Positions 27,233 through 38,344 of a stretch of 64,000 nt of DNA are shown here, in pieces. The stretch covers positions 3,359 to 67,358 of the forward strand of contig CAMDED010000018.1 of assembly GCA_945893365.1 (NCBI GenBank), written 5' to 3'. Each line of letters opens with the position of its first letter. Position 1 is the first letter of the stretch. Made by a program: the position numbers and the translations under genes. Source of the DNA: Candidatus Sulfopaludibacter sp. SbA3. Lineage in GTDB: Bacteria; Acidobacteriota; Terriglobia; Bryobacterales; Bryobacteraceae. The notes beneath the pieces were generated by a model that worked only from the letters and a program-made list of their open reading frames with translations, was not told the origin of the DNA and ran no database searches.

Positions 27233-27826
27233 ATGCACGCCTGGATCAAGAAACTCCACATGTACTTCGGATTGCTCAACTTCACCAACGTCATGGTCTT
27301 CGGCATCACCGGCCTGTGGCTTGCGTTTGAAGCCGCGCCCGCCCAACGGCATCGCGATGAGCTGCAAGTCCGGTATGAAGAATTCACTCCGCCGCCCGGC
27401 GCCGCCGACAAGGATGTGGCCGACCGCGTCTATGAACGGCTGCGCATCCCGTTGACGGGACCGGTTCCGAATTTCGCCCTCCAGCGAGACCCGCAACACG
27501 ATCTGACGTTTACGTTTTATTCCGTCAACGGCACGTCGAAGGTTACGGTTCTTGAGCGCGAGAACCGCGTGAAGATCGAAGCGCGCCGCAACAGCTTCGC
27601 GCAGTTCATCAACGCACTGCACGAGTCGACCTACCGGCAGTCGCGTCCGGCGCTCGCCTCGCGGCTCTGGGCTATTTACAACGAGATTTCCATTTTCACC
27701 CTGCTCTATCTCGCGCTCTCGGGACCGTATCTGTGGCTGGCGTCGCGGCCCCGCATGCGCCTTGCGCAGTTATCCTTCGGCGCGGGCTCGGCGCTATTCA
27801 TCGTTTTGTACGCGGTGACAAGGTAA
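27233..27826 (+). CDS. PepSY-associated-TM-like membrane protein (tentative)
   Basis: The N-terminus KKLHMYFGLL..VMVFGITGLWL is followed by a soluble insert and C-terminal TM helices. Confidence 0.45.
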   Translation: MHAWIKKLHMYFGLLNFTNVMVFGITGLWLAFEAAPAQRHRDELQVRYEEFTPPPGAADKDVADRVYERLRIPLTGPVPNFALQRDPQHDLTFTFYSVNGTSKVTVLERENRVKIEARRNSFAQFINALHESTYRQSRPALASRLWAIYNEISIFTLLYLALSGPYLWLASRPRMRLAQLSFGAGSALFIVLYAVTR

Positions 27827-27831
27827 CTGAA

Positions 27832-28404
27832 ATGTACCGTCTTCTACGCGATACTCATCTCGTCTGCGGATTGTTCGCCGTGCTTTTCGTTCTCATGTAC
27901 GGAATCAGTTCCGTGCAGATGGCGCATAACGACTGGTTCAATCTTAAACCAACCGTCACCGAGTCCCGCTACACTCTCGCCACGAACGCGGAGGGCGCAC
28001 GCGCGGTGGCGCGCGAATTGATGGACCGCCATGGACTCGCGGGCGAACTGGCGCAGGTGAAGGACATGCCCGCCGGTTTTACCTTCCGTATTGTGAGGCC
28101 CGGCACGGTGCACGAGGTCTCCTATACGAGGGCGTCCGGCGAAGCGGCGGTGAAAACGAACAAAGCGAATTTTGCGGGCCTCATGAACCGGATACACCAC
28201 ATTAACGGAATGTGGCACGAAGATTCACTTGTGAACGTATGGGCCGCGGCGCTGGCGCTGGTGGCGGCGGTCCTGATCGTCCTCGGCATCACCGGGATTT
28301 ACATGTGGTTCAAGGTCCATTCGGAGCGTGTGACCGGAACCGTGGTGCTCGGCGCAAGCCTCGCTTTCAGCCTCACTGTGATCGTGTTGTTGCGAACAGC
28401 GTGA
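27832..28404 (+). CDS. PepSY-associated-TM-like membrane protein, tandem paralogue
   Basis: Same architecture as the preceding gene. ATG at 27832 lies 5 nt after the upstream stop. Confidence 0.45.
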   Translation: MYRLLRDTHLVCGLFAVLFVLMYGISSVQMAHNDWFNLKPTVTESRYTLATNAEGARAVARELMDRHGLAGELAQVKDMPAGFTFRIVRPGTVHEVSYTRASGEAAVKTNKANFAGLMNRIHHINGMWHEDSLVNVWAAALALVAAVLIVLGITGIYMWFKVHSERVTGTVVLGASLAFSLTVIVLLRTA

Positions 28405-28450
28405 GGTGTTCCGGCATCCCGGCCGCGTCCCAGGATCGAGCCGCCGGGAA

Positions 28451-29650
28451 CTACCCTGGCAAGACGTCGATTCCAATCGCGTCATGATCGGATAACGGGA
28501 TTCGGAGTCCCTCCCTGACGTCGTGGATCACAACCGGCGCTTCCACTCTCGCGCCCCGCGTCGCGAACCAGTCCAGCTTCAGGGGGCATTTCCCTCCGTG
28601 GTTCCGGAGAGCCCATCGAAGGAAAGCAAAACACCAGCCGGGTACCCAGTCCCCGAGACTTTTTCTCGTTCGCGGATTGTCGACATCGTAGCCGACCGTG
28701 TATTCCCCGGGCACGTTGCATTCGCGGAAATCGAAACCCCGCGACTCCAGCAGCTCGAACAACTCCCGTTCGAACAGCTTGTTCGGATGTAGATAGTGAT
28801 TCCGGATCACGTGATCGACGCCCATGAACACACGCACCCAGAAACCCACAATAGCTGGAAACGCGCTCGTCGAATTGTAGGTGCTGGTGTTCCAATCGCC
28901 CCCAAGTATTACCGGCAGCCACCGTTCGTGAGGCGCGTCGAGCGCGTCGAGCACCTCTTGCATCTGGTCCCGCCTGTGGCGTTGCGTCGACTGGGCGTCG
29001 AGGTGTACCGCGACCGCGGTTACGGCATAGTCCGGGAAATCGATATCGGCTGCAACCGCGGTTGGACACCCCAAACGTTGCTCGCGCCCCGCGATCTTGT
29101 CCATCCCATTCCGCATCCGGATGCCTCGCGGGTTGCCGATCGGATACCGGCTCAAAATGGCATCTCCGTGCAAACCGATTTCGTTGTCGCCGGGAAGATC
29201 GAACTCCGCGCCCGAGCCTTTGGTCAGGTTCAAATAGGTGGGAACAAAAACGTAGGCGAAGCCCAATTCGCGGGCAAGCCTCTGCGCCACGTGGTGATTT
29301 CCCGATCGGGCCATTCCGATGTCGGTTTCCGTCAGGAGGAGTACGTCACAACTGCTGAGATAGGGATGCTCACGGAACGCCCGGATCTGACGCTCGATCT
29401 CGGCGCCGCGCTCGATGTTCCAGGCAAGGAAGCGGTAGCGCGGCCGTGCGGCCGCCGTTTCCAACCGGTAATCGGCCGTTTCCGGAGCTTCGAGCACCGT
29501 GCGAATCAGAGGCTCAAGGGAGCGGTAGACGGGATGCGCATCGAGTTCCCTCTCCGACCGGCACTGGCCCAGGGCTGCAAAATGGGGCTGGATGCGCTCC
29601 TGAATGGTCCGGTAGATCTCTTCAGGAGTCCGTGGCTGGGTACTCAACAT
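28451..29650 (-). CDS. Endonuclease/exonuclease/phosphatase (EEP) family protein
   Basis: EEP-like blocks are present (WNIERG, LLLTETD, GDWNTS, LSDHDAIG). Confidence 0.7.
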   Translation of the reverse strand: MLSTQPRTPEEIYRTIQERIQPHFAALGQCRSERELDAHPVYRSLEPLIRTVLEAPETADYRLETAAARPRYRFLAWNIERGAEIERQIRAFREHPYLSSCDVLLLTETDIGMARSGNHHVAQRLARELGFAYVFVPTYLNLTKGSGAEFDLPGDNEIGLHGDAILSRYPIGNPRGIRMRNGMDKIAGREQRLGCPTAVAADIDFPDYAVTAVAVHLDAQSTQRHRRDQMQEVLDALDAPHERWLPVILGGDWNTSTYNSTSAFPAIVGFWVRVFMGVDHVIRNHYLHPNKLFERELFELLESRGFDFRECNVPGEYTVGYDVDNPRTRKSLGDWVPGWCFAFLRWALRNHGGKCPLKLDWFATRGARVEAPVVIHDVREGLRIPLSDHDAIGIDVLPG

Positions 29651-29664
29651 GGGGGGTACGAAGT

Positions 29665-29693
29665 TTGACGAAGTACTATTGTGCCTGTAGAAT
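29665..29693 (+). promoter_or_regulatory. Sigma70-like promoter for the TonB-dependent receptor gene
   Basis: TTGACG (29665-29670), a 17-nt spacer, then TAGAAT (29688-29693) preceded by TG. It lies about 50 nt upstream of ATG 29743. Confidence 0.45.
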
Positions 29694-29742
29694 GATTGTA
29701 ACGCCGGACTAGGTTAGCCGGCTAATTCTCGGGAGGTTTCTC

Positions 29743-32700
29743 ATGGGGCGTCTTTTGGCAAGGGTTTTTCTGCCTTTCCTTCTCTCTGCGTTCGGCGTGA
29801 TGCTGTTCGCTCAATCCACAACTCAATCGGTTCAGGGTCTTGTCACCGATTCGTCAGGCGCGGCTATCGCCGGGGCCAAAGTCATCGTAACGAACGAGGG
29901 CACGAATGTCGCCCTGACAACCACGGCGAACGATACGGGCAACTACACGTTCCCGCTTCTTCAGGTTGGCAACTACACGATCCGATGCGAAGTTCAGGGC
30001 TTCAAGGCGGAAGTCGTCAGAAACGTGCGGCTTGAAACCGCCGCTCAGGTTCGGCAGGATTTCAAGCTTGACGTCGGCAGCGTGGCCGAGTCGATTGAAG
30101 TCGCCGCAAGCGCAGTGACGCTGCAGACGGAGAACGCGACGGTCGGCGCGGTGATCGAAAACCGCCGCATCATCGAATTGCCCCTGAACGGGCGCAACAT
30201 GCAGAGTCTTGCCGTGCTCGTTCCCGGCGTTCAGTTCGGAGAGCGCACCGGCCGCGGCGACGGTTCGGGCGGCTTCCCGATTCCCGGCCAGGGTTTCTCG
30301 GTCAGCGCCAACGGACAGCGCGAGACCAACCAGGTGGCCTCTCTGGACGGCGTGGACGCTAAAGATCCCCGCATTCACATCATGAACTTCGTCCCCTCGA
30401 TCGAGGCGATTGAGGAGTTCAAGATCCAAACCAACGCCTACACGGCCGAGTACGGATTCGGCGGCGGCGCGCAGGTTACCATTACCATGAAGAGCGGCAC
30501 TAACGCGCTCCACGGGACCTTCTTCGACTTCCTGCGGAACGACAAGTTCGATGCCGAAAACTATTTCCTCAATTTCGAGCGCGCGGCCACCCTTGAGCGG
30601 CTCCAGAAGAACACGCTCCGCCAGAATCAATTCGGCCTCGTGTTGAGCGGGCCCGTTCTGATTCCCAAGATCTACAACGGGAAAAACAAGACGTTCTGGG
30701 CGTTCAACTGGGAATCCCGCGTCTCCCGTGAAGGGGTGGTGCAAACCGCGAACTTCCCTATCGACGACTTTCGCAATGGCGACTTCAGCCGGTTGCAGCG
30801 CGGCTATACGGCAAACGGCCGGTTCGTGGCTCCGACGCTGATCTGGGACCCGGACACGGGAAACCTGTTCCCCAATAACGTGATACCGGCGTCTCGCATT
30901 CACCCCGGCGCGAAGAAGATGCTCGATACTTATATTCCCAGGGCGCAGTTCGTCCAGGAAGATCCACTCGACTTTACCGCGCGCGCGGCCGTTGCCACGC
31001 CCATCGACGTCAACACCTATTTTGCTCGCGTCGACCACAATTTCTCGGACAAGGACCGCGTCTTCGCCCGCCTGGCATGGGACCGTTCCGGACTTACCAG
31101 AACCAACATCAACCCCAATCTGCCCGTGTTTGTCGACTCCGATGTGACCAACCTCGCGACGCAGTGGATCCATACGTTCAACTCAAACATGATCAACGAG
31201 CTCCGCGTCGGATTCCAAATCTCGAACGACCTCACCTCGAATCCACGCACCGACAACACCAGCTTCAGCATGGATGCTCTGGGCGTCGGCTTGTTCCGCG
31301 TTCCCTCCGACGGGAACCGCGCCTTGACACCGCGCGAGCACGGCATTCCGCAGTTCACCGGCCTGCCGTTTACGCTTCAGGAGCTCACGAACGGTAACGG
31401 CTACGATCGCATGCAGACCTACCAGATCGGCGACCACCTTTCGTTCTTCCGCGGGAAGCACAACGTTAAGATCGGCGCGGAGTACTACGGACTCAAAATC
31501 GAGCGCGGCGCGGCCAACCTCGAGGAGGGCCTGCTCGGATTCAGCGGCGCTCAGGCCGGCTACTCGCTCGCCTCTTTCCTTTTGGGCCGTCCCAACACGA
31601 CGCAAACCCCCGAAGGACTCCCGTTGACATTTCCGAGGGCGAACCGTGGCGGCGCTTACGTCAACGACGACTGGAAGGTCACGTCGAAGCTGACGATCAA
31701 TCTTGGACTGCGTTTCGACTACAACGGTTGGCCGGTCGATGCGAAGGGGCTGCAGCGTACATTCGACATCCCCGGTCTCGGTACCGATATGGGTCGAGGC
31801 GGCAGTTTCAAGAAGGCGGATGGAACCAGCATTCCAATCATCTTCCCCGGCGCATTGGGCGACGCGGGAGCGCTGAAGCTCGCCAATCAGCAGGTTAGGT
31901 TTTTCATGCCACGCGTGGGTATCGCGTTCCGTCCGGCTGAGAAGTGGGTCATCCGTACTGGCGCAGGCTGGTTCGACAACATCCAGCATCAGAATACCTT
32001 CACCATTTTCAACCTGATGCCTCCGAAGGCCGGCAGCCAGGCATACCTCACTTCGATGCAGCCCGGAAGTACGACGAACATTACGGCCGTGAACGGCCAG
32101 GTGTTCCCGATCACGACTCAGAGGTATGCGCCGGGGTCGAACATCCTGACGCTTGACGATCCGTTTCTGACGAGGGGCGGGGTTTCTCAGGTTCGGCCGA
32201 TCGACGTCGTCTATCTTCCGCCTGACTACAAGGACGGATCGGTGTGGAAGTGGAGCTTCGACATCCAGCGTGAGTTGCCCGGGAACGTTGCGCTCACAGT
32301 CGGCTACGCCGGAAGCAAGGGCTACAACGTCGGCAATAGCGTGATCAACTGGAATGATCCGCTCAGGCCGGCTACGACCTTCCTGCAGTCGAACCGCCCG
32401 TATCCGGAATTCTACGATCCCGCGACGCCTCAGCTCGGCGTGCAAGGCACGGGACGCATCCGCTACATCGATTCGTTTGGCGAGTCGTTCTACCATGGGT
32501 TGCAAGTCAAGTTGGACAAGCGTATGGCGAAGGGCTTGACTTTTGGTCTCGCCTACACCTACAGCAAGTCGCACGGGGACGGCGAGAATGGCGGCCAGGA
32601 AGGCGCTTCGCTACAAAACCCCCGCGATCGCCGAGGTTCCCGTGGCGTGTTCCGCTTCGACCAGACGCATCGCACGGTCGCCAACTGGGTGTACGAACTG

Positions 32701-33228
32701 CCCGGCCGGAATCTAAATGGGCCCGCCAAGCATATTGTTGGCGGCTGGCAATTGAATGGAATCCTGAGTATTGCCTCCGGTTTCCCCTTCACGATCGGTC
32801 AGGGCGCCGGCGATGTTGCGCTGCCGAATGGCTCGGTACGCCCGGACACGATCAGCAATCCGGAGTTGTCGGATCCCACCCGGAAGCTCTGGTTTAACCC
32901 GGCAGCCTTCCAGCGAGTCACGTGTCAGATCGCGGCACGCCCGGACCTCTGCCGTCTGGGCAATACCGCCTACAACTCCCTGCGCGGCCCTGGCGAACGC
33001 CGTATCGACTTCTCCATGTTCAAGAATTTCTCCATTTTTGAGAGGGCGAAGCTTCAGTTCCGTTGGGAAGCCTTCAACGCGACCAATACACCGTGGTTCG
33101 GCGATCCGTCCGGGATCAGCTTCTCGAACGCGAACCAGATCATACCGAACGGCACGCGCGACGGCGAAATCCGCAGTATTCGCAATCCAATGCGCCGGAT
33201 GCAGTTCGGCCTGAAGTTGCTGTTCTAA
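29743..33228 (+). CDS. TonB-dependent receptor with N-terminal carboxypeptidase-regulatory-like domain
   Basis: Signal peptide, a CarboxypepD_reg segment ([23 protein letters not shown]...GNYT), plug and 22-strand-type barrel blocks, and a terminal ...MQFGLKLLF. Confidence 0.9.
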   Translation: MGRLLARVFLPFLLSAFGVMLFAQSTTQSVQGLVTDSSGAAIAGAKVIVTNEGTNVALTTTANDTGNYTFPLLQVGNYTIRCEVQGFKAEVVRNVRLETAAQVRQDFKLDVGSVAESIEVAASAVTLQTENATVGAVIENRRIIELPLNGRNMQSLAVLVPGVQFGERTGRGDGSGGFPIPGQGFSVSANGQRETNQVASLDGVDAKDPRIHIMNFVPSIEAIEEFKIQTNAYTAEYGFGGGAQVTITMKSGTNALHGTFFDFLRNDKFDAENYFLNFERAATLERLQKNTLRQNQFGLVLSGPVLIPKIYNGKNKTFWAFNWESRVSREGVVQTANFPIDDFRNGDFSRLQRGYTANGRFVAPTLIWDPDTGNLFPNNVIPASRIHPGAKKMLDTYIPRAQFVQEDPLDFTARAAVATPIDVNTYFARVDHNFSDKDRVFARLAWDRSGLTRTNINPNLPVFVDSDVTNLATQWIHTFNSNMINELRVGFQISNDLTSNPRTDNTSFSMDALGVGLFRVPSDGNRALTPREHGIPQFTGLPFTLQELTNGNGYDRMQTYQIGDHLSFFRGKHNVKIGAEYYGLKIERGAANLEEGLLGFSGAQAGYSLASFLLGRPNTTQTPEGLPLTFPRANRGGAYVNDDWKVTSKLTINLGLRFDYNGWPVDAKGLQRTFDIPGLGTDMGRGGSFKKADGTSIPIIFPGALGDAGALKLANQQVRFFMPRVGIAFRPAEKWVIRTGAGWFDNIQHQNTFTIFNLMPPKAGSQAYLTSMQPGSTTNITAVNGQVFPITTQRYAPGSNILTLDDPFLTRGGVSQVRPIDVVYLPPDYKDGSVWKWSFDIQRELPGNVALTVGYAGSKGYNVGNSVINWNDPLRPATTFLQSNRPYPEFYDPATPQLGVQGTGRIRYIDSFGESFYHGLQVKLDKRMAKGLTFGLAYTYSKSHGDGENGGQEGASLQNPRDRRGSRGVFRFDQTHRTVANWVYELPGRNLNGPAKHIVGGWQLNGILSIASGFPFTIGQGAGDVALPNGSVRPDTISNPELSDPTRKLWFNPAAFQRVTCQIAARPDLCRLGNTAYNSLRGPGERRIDFSMFKNFSIFERAKLQFRWEAFNATNTPWFGDPSGISFSNANQIIPNGTRDGEIRSIRNPMRRMQFGLKLLF

Positions 33229-33253
33229 AGCCGAAAGCAGCAGACGGGAAGAG

Positions 33254-33293
33254 GGGGAACTCCGGATTGGCCGGGGTTCCCCTTTTTCTTTTT
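33254..33293 (+). terminator. Rho-independent terminator
   Basis: GGGGAAC...GTTCCCC stem with an inner CCGG/CCGG pairing, followed by TTTTTCTTTTT. It lies 26 nt after the receptor stop codon. Confidence 0.75.
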
Positions 33294-33413
33294 CAGCGGC
33301 AACCTCCTCTGTTGCACGACGTGTACGCGGGGCCATGGCGCATCCGCTTTCACGTTCCGTGGCCGCTTTTCGCCCCTCCTCACCGCGCGCTGGTTCCGGT
33401 TTACAATCTATCC

Positions 33414-34646
33414 ATGGCATCCTTCTCAAGACGGCAATTCGTAGGCGCGGCGGGAGCCGCGCTTGCCGCATCCACCTCCCCGGCGCGTTCCGCCGCACAA
33501 GCGCCGAAGGCAAGCGGCAAGCTTCGTATCGGCGTCATCGGCTGTGGAGGCATGGCCAACGGCCACATGCGCGGCCTTCTCCGCACCAAGGAAGAGGACA
33601 ACATTGAAATCGTCGCGGTCTGCGACGTCTACAAGAAACGTCTCGACGACGCCGCAACGATGACCGGCGCCAAAGGGTACAAGGACTACCGTGAGCTTCT
33701 CGCGAACAAAGACATCGACTACGTCCTGATCGCGACGCCCGAGCACTGGCACTACCAGATGACGGTGGACGCGATCGACGCCGGGAAGCACATCTATTGC
33801 GAAAAGCCGATGACCCAGACCGTCGAGCAGGCGAAGAAGGTTGTCGCGAAGGTCAAGGCGAGCAACATCAAGATGCAGGTCGGCGTGCAGGGGATGTCGG
33901 ACGACTCCTACGAAACCGCATACAAGTACGTCAAGGACGGCGTGCTGGGAAAAGTGGTGGTGGCCCAGATCGACTACTCGCGCAACCATCTCGGCGATTT
34001 TTGGGAATATCCGCAGGACAACGATGTCCGCCCCGGCGAGAATCTCGACTGGAAAGCGTGGCTTGGCTCCGCGCCCAAGCGGCCCTACGATCCGGACCGC
34101 TTCTTCAGTTGGCGGCGGTACTTCGACTATTCGGGCGGCATCGCGACCGATCTTTTCATTCACCGCGTAACGCGAATCATCAAGGCGCTCGGCCTGACGT
34201 ACCCGGAGCGCGCCGTAGGCACGGGCGGCAAGTTCGAATTTACCGAAAGCGCGGCGGAGATTCCGGACACGCTGAACATGATTGTCGAGTATCCAGGCGG
34301 GCCGGATGTGCTCCTGATTTCTTCGATGGCGAACGATACGCCGGTTGATCACTTGCTTCGCGGCCACAAAGCGACGCTGCAATTCACGAGGACGGGCTTC
34401 ACCATCACGCCGCAGAAGGCCTTCGCGAAGGACATGAAGGAGATTGTGCACGAGAAATCCGGCGCCGAGAGCACGGAGTTGCACCACCGCAACCTGCACG
34501 ACGCGATCCGCAACAACGCACCGTTAAAGTGCGACGTGATGCTGGGGCTGTACGGCCTTGTGGCCTGCGAGATGGGCCTGCAATCGTACCGCAAGCGGAA
34601 GTACATGGCCTGGGACAAGGTGAAAGAGCGGATTGTGCGGGCGTGA
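33414..34646 (+). CDS. Tat-signalled Gfo/Idh/MocA-family oxidoreductase
   Basis: ATG at 33414 gives [20 protein letters not shown]. The Rossmann segment is [15 protein letters not shown], and EKP is present. Confidence 0.85.
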   Translation: MASFSRRQFVGAAGAALAASTSPARSAAQAPKASGKLRIGVIGCGGMANGHMRGLLRTKEEDNIEIVAVCDVYKKRLDDAATMTGAKGYKDYRELLANKDIDYVLIATPEHWHYQMTVDAIDAGKHIYCEKPMTQTVEQAKKVVAKVKASNIKMQVGVQGMSDDSYETAYKYVKDGVLGKVVVAQIDYSRNHLGDFWEYPQDNDVRPGENLDWKAWLGSAPKRPYDPDRFFSWRRYFDYSGGIATDLFIHRVTRIIKALGLTYPERAVGTGGKFEFTESAAEIPDTLNMIVEYPGGPDVLLISSMANDTPVDHLLRGHKATLQFTRTGFTITPQKAFAKDMKEIVHEKSGAESTELHHRNLHDAIRNNAPLKCDVMLGLYGLVACEMGLQSYRKRKYMAWDKVKERIVRA

Positions 34647-34878
34647 GTTGTTAGACTCGTGCCGGCCGATCATCGCGCTTCGCAAGTCACCTCCGAGAGG
34701 GTTGCGCACGGCGCCGAGCGCGCCTTTTTCTCAGTTCGGCAAACCGGGCTTTGTGGTGTGGTTTCGGTGGTCCCGGTGGTCCAAATCAGCCTCGCAAGGA
34801 TTTAGAAAAAGTAGTATACTTTTCTATTACTATCAGGATCGGCAACATGCAAACTTTCGAATCTGAGGGGGTCCAGCA

Positions 34879-35835
34879 ATGCCAAGTCGCAGACAAGCAG
34901 GAATGCTTCTGCTCCTGAGTTGGGTTTTCACGTCTCCCACGCGCGCCGCCGACCTCGATCAAGACCTTCTTAAAGCGGTCGTGAACGGTCGGACGAACGA
35001 CGTGGCGGAATTGTTAACGAAAGGGGCGAACATCAACGCAAGAGACGCGTATGGTTCGACCCCATTGCTGCTGGCCCTCGCGGGCAGACATCCAGAAACG
35101 GTAAAGCTCCTCGTATCAAGGCATCCCGCTCTCAACGTCCGAAACAATTTGGGGCTCTCGCCTCTTGTTCTTGCCTTCAGCATCGGCGACAACGCCAGCC
35201 TGTCTCTCTTGCTTTCTAATGGCGCTGATGTAGATGCTCGCGACCCAGAATTTGGCGCCACTCTACTGTTCGGTGCCGCGGTTGCGGGAAACGACGTTGC
35301 TGTCGAAATGTTGCTGACACATGGCGCGGACGTAAACGGGAAAAGGACCAGTGATGGCGCGACGCCGTTAATAGGCGCCGCCTCAGCCGGAAAGAGCAGG
35401 ACCATGAAAGCTCTCCTCAAACATGGGGCGGATGTCAAAATTGCAAATAGTGAAGGTACGACCGCCCTACATCACGCCGTCTTGCATGGGGATCGGGATG
35501 GTGTAGCGTCTTTGCTGGCGAAAGGCGCCAACGTCAATGCTGCCCTTACGGATGGTGGCACGCCCCTGTTGATTGGGGCTAAAGAAGGTCATACCGCGAT
35601 TGTGGGAGCACTTTTGGCCGTCGGGGCTACGGTGGATGCTAGGACTGAGGATGGGTCAACTGCCCTTCTTTGGGCAACGTATAACCGCCACCTCGATATT
35701 ATCGGAATGCTGTGCGCCAAGAAAGCCGACGTGAACGTGAGCAACAATCAGGGAATTACCCCGTTGCAGATAGCTAAGCGTAAGCGGGATTCCGAGCTCG
35801 CGGCAATACTGGTCCGTTTTGGGGCGAGTCGGTAA
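34879..35835 (+). CDS. Secreted ankyrin-repeat protein
   Basis: Signal peptide plus about 8 consecutive ANK repeats (G.TPLL.A...GH...V..LL..GA.VN). Confidence 0.85.
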   Translation: MPSRRQAGMLLLLSWVFTSPTRAADLDQDLLKAVVNGRTNDVAELLTKGANINARDAYGSTPLLLALAGRHPETVKLLVSRHPALNVRNNLGLSPLVLAFSIGDNASLSLLLSNGADVDARDPEFGATLLFGAAVAGNDVAVEMLLTHGADVNGKRTSDGATPLIGAASAGKSRTMKALLKHGADVKIANSEGTTALHHAVLHGDRDGVASLLAKGANVNAALTDGGTPLLIGAKEGHTAIVGALLAVGATVDARTEDGSTALLWATYNRHLDIIGMLCAKKADVNVSNNQGITPLQIAKRKRDSELAAILVRFGASR

Positions 35836-35994
35836 CCTTTGAATTGCTAATGCCACCCTTGACGATTCGCCCTACAAGAGGATCTTCATGTCGCCCATTT
35901 GTCCGGCAACCTTGACCGTGCGGCCAAGACACCCAACTCGTCATGCGGTTCATGCGGTACTCGTTACACTCAGAGAGAAAGAAGGAGCTTCGAT

Positions 35995-36510
35995 ATGACA
36001 CCGTCAACGGCAGGCAGGTGTCTTGCGCCACTAAAACCCCTATTGCTTTTGATCTCGATCGCAGCGGCCGGGGCAGATCTCAGCCAAGAATTACTTGAAG
36101 CGGTACGCTCGGGACAGACAGCAAACGTGCGTTCGTTGTTGGGGCGCGGCGCAAATCCAAATGCCAAGGATGATAATGGCAGCACGGCATTGATGGAGGC
36201 CGCGACCAGGGGTCATACCCCAATTGTCAAGCTCCTGTTGGCAAAGCGCGCAGAAGTCAACGCAAAGAGTGAGGGATTCACGGTGCTGATGTTGACAGTC
36301 ACATCGTTCGGCCCGAATCGCGTTGAAGTAGTGAAGGCTCTGCTCGATGGCGGCGCAGACATCAACGCCAAATACTTCTTGGATCCGAGTGACTTGAGGG
36401 ACGAAGGGCAAACGGCCTTGGACCTTGCTGAAACATTGGCGCTGGCTGGCAACAAGGACGCTGATCGCATAATTCACTTGCTCAAGGTCAAAACAACATC
36501 CAAAAAGTGA
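35995..36510 (+). CDS. Secreted ankyrin-repeat protein (short)
   Basis: ATG at 35995 follows AGAAGGAG. A signal-like N-terminus is followed by about 3-4 ANK repeats. Confidence 0.8.
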   Translation: MTPSTAGRCLAPLKPLLLLISIAAAGADLSQELLEAVRSGQTANVRSLLGRGANPNAKDDNGSTALMEAATRGHTPIVKLLLAKRAEVNAKSEGFTVLMLTVTSFGPNRVEVVKALLDGGADINAKYFLDPSDLRDEGQTALDLAETLALAGNKDADRIIHLLKVKTTSKK

Positions 36511-36564
36511 TCACTGTGGCTCAGAAACAGATATCGCCAAGCCCTGTCAATACCCAGCGCCATC

Positions 36565-37887
36565 TCATGTGAGGGTCACGGTAACTTTGACAAACTTTCT
36601 ACCTTTGGCAGCACCAAACACCAAGTCGCTTCCATTATTACGGAACTGAAGGCCGTTTATCCGCGCGTAAAAGGGACTGGCGAATTCATCGCAGCGCACC
36701 TGCATCCCTTTCTTCGGGTACTCAACGACATAGGCCACCTTGAGGGCGTCTGAGCTTAGTGCAATCGAATCAGCCGAGGGTATGGGGCCGTCCCCAGTGA
36801 ACGAAGCAACCTCGCGTCCATTGAGGACAATCCTTGCTTGTTTCTCTGTGACAGTAGCATACGCGAAGCCGTTGGCGTTTGCGACCAAGCCACTGATTAG
36901 TCCGCGCTCCCGGTAAGAGTGGTCGTCGAATATAAAGCGAGACTCTTCGTGGCTAATAACTGCATAAAACAGGTGCTTTCCATCCTCAGTGAAACGCAAA
37001 GGGAAAACAAATCCTCCGTACGGGCCATCTCGCCTATCGCCGTGAAGAACATACTTCCTGCCTTCCGAGTCCTCCGCCACGTAGGCAAACCCCGGCCCAA
37101 CTGGGTTAGTTACAAGCGGACCAACGCTCTTATACAAGGGTCCCCGTCCGCTCTCTCCAAAGTCAGCGAACTCTTTGTCGTAAGATGTGTTGCCACCAAC
37201 GATCGGTCTACCTAAGATGATCGGTTTACCCTGATAGTCGAACTGCAGATACGAAGGTTCGTAATCCAACTTTCGCTGATCAACTCCGTCGATCATGAGC
37301 CATTGGACCCCACGCTTTGCGAAGAACGCAACGTTGCTGGTCCGAGGGTTGAAAGATGGAGAGACGACCTTATCGTACCAAGTTCCGGCTTTGCCGTCGA
37401 GCAAAACGGCCTCACTGTTTCCCTTTATAATTTTCACCGCTACGTGTTTTCCGTCTGGCGAGAAGTGAGGTTGGATCGTGTCGATATCAGGAAGCGTCGA
37501 GAGATCATCTGTGCGTTTCTTGTCAAAGAATTCGGTGAGCGTCATGTTAACCAGATACGCTATCTTTCCGCCGGGGTTTTTTTCGACAGTATCGAAGAGC
37601 ACCGCACCTGTGCCAGAAAAGACGGGATATCTGAGTCCTAAATAGGGATCTGTTTGACGCCCGTTCGCTATCAAGACAGGTCCGTTCTTTCCCTTGGCGA
37701 CAAAGGCGACTTGCGAAACGTCCTCGGCAAACGCGAGGTAAGGTAAGCCATTCGAAACTACCAGCGTGTAGTCAGGCGGCAACTCTCCGAGCAGCATCTC
37801 TTGAAGACGGTGTGTTGGTAAACTGCGATTCTGAGCACCCAGAGTCGCAGCTGCAACCAAAGACATGACGGCGACGATTGGCTTCAC
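36565..37887 (-). CDS. Secreted PD40/TolB-like beta-propeller repeat protein (tentative)
   Basis: Recurrent motifs of the type ..SPDGKHVAV.., ..TEDGKHLFYAV.., ..SNVAFFAK.. are present. GTG at 37887 gives a signal-like VKPIVAVMSLVAAATLGAQ. The start is uncertain (37866 to 37941). Confidence 0.5.
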   Translation of the reverse strand: MKPIVAVMSLVAAATLGAQNRSLPTHRLQEMLLGELPPDYTLVVSNGLPYLAFAEDVSQVAFVAKGKNGPVLIANGRQTDPYLGLRYPVFSGTGAVLFDTVEKNPGGKIAYLVNMTLTEFFDKKRTDDLSTLPDIDTIQPHFSPDGKHVAVKIIKGNSEAVLLDGKAGTWYDKVVSPSFNPRTSNVAFFAKRGVQWLMIDGVDQRKLDYEPSYLQFDYQGKPIILGRPIVGGNTSYDKEFADFGESGRGPLYKSVGPLVTNPVGPGFAYVAEDSEGRKYVLHGDRRDGPYGGFVFPLRFTEDGKHLFYAVISHEESRFIFDDHSYRERGLISGLVANANGFAYATVTEKQARIVLNGREVASFTGDGPIPSADSIALSSDALKVAYVVEYPKKGMQVRCDEFASPFYARINGLQFRNNGSDLVFGAAKGRKFVKVTVTLT

Positions 37888-38215
37888 GAAGCACCCCCAA
37901 TGCGTGTTGTTGAGACTCGCCGAAGAAATGGCGACCCACACCGATTTTACGCTCCGAGATGCGGAAACGCAACAGAGAGAGGGCCGTAGCCGTGCTGTAT
38001 TTCAGCTTGGCGCCGTCCGCTCCTAGTTGTGCAAAAGAGCGTTCGTGGCTCAATCTCTCGTGAAGCATTACGTCGAGCGTTATGGGAAATTTCATCCCGC
38101 CCAGTGTGGAGCTTTGGGAGCTTGACCCCGCTTCGGCGATTGCGTCCCTATTCATGATTCCTGGTGTGATGAATTTCAAGCGCCTCTGTTAGCCCTTCGC
38201 TCCCCAAAAGGCTGA

Positions 38216-38344
38216 ATCGCAGGCGGCGCGGGTATTTTTGAGGACCTGGAGTTTTCGGCCTCCCTGAGCGTTCCGGAACCTGGGACGCTCGGCACGTTGG
38301 CCCTCGCGCTTAGCGCGCTGGCCGCTCATCGCTTCCGGAAGTAG
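38216..38344 (+). pseudogene. Orphan PEP-CTERM sorting-signal tail (gene remnant)
   Basis: This frame translates to ...IFEDLEFSASLS-VPEP-GTLGTLALALSALAA-HRFRK*, the canonical PEP motif plus TM plus basic tail. The frame is closed by TGA at 38213-38215 and has no start codon or upstream body. Confidence 0.5.

Noticed and set aside
37772-38179. 135-aa minus-strand ORF with a faint sigma-70 region-4-like stretch
   Set aside because: It overlaps the 5' end of the propeller gene by more than 100 nt. Its similarity to ECF sigma region 4 is weak and gapped. It has no convincing RBS. It is probably non-coding or a decayed remnant.
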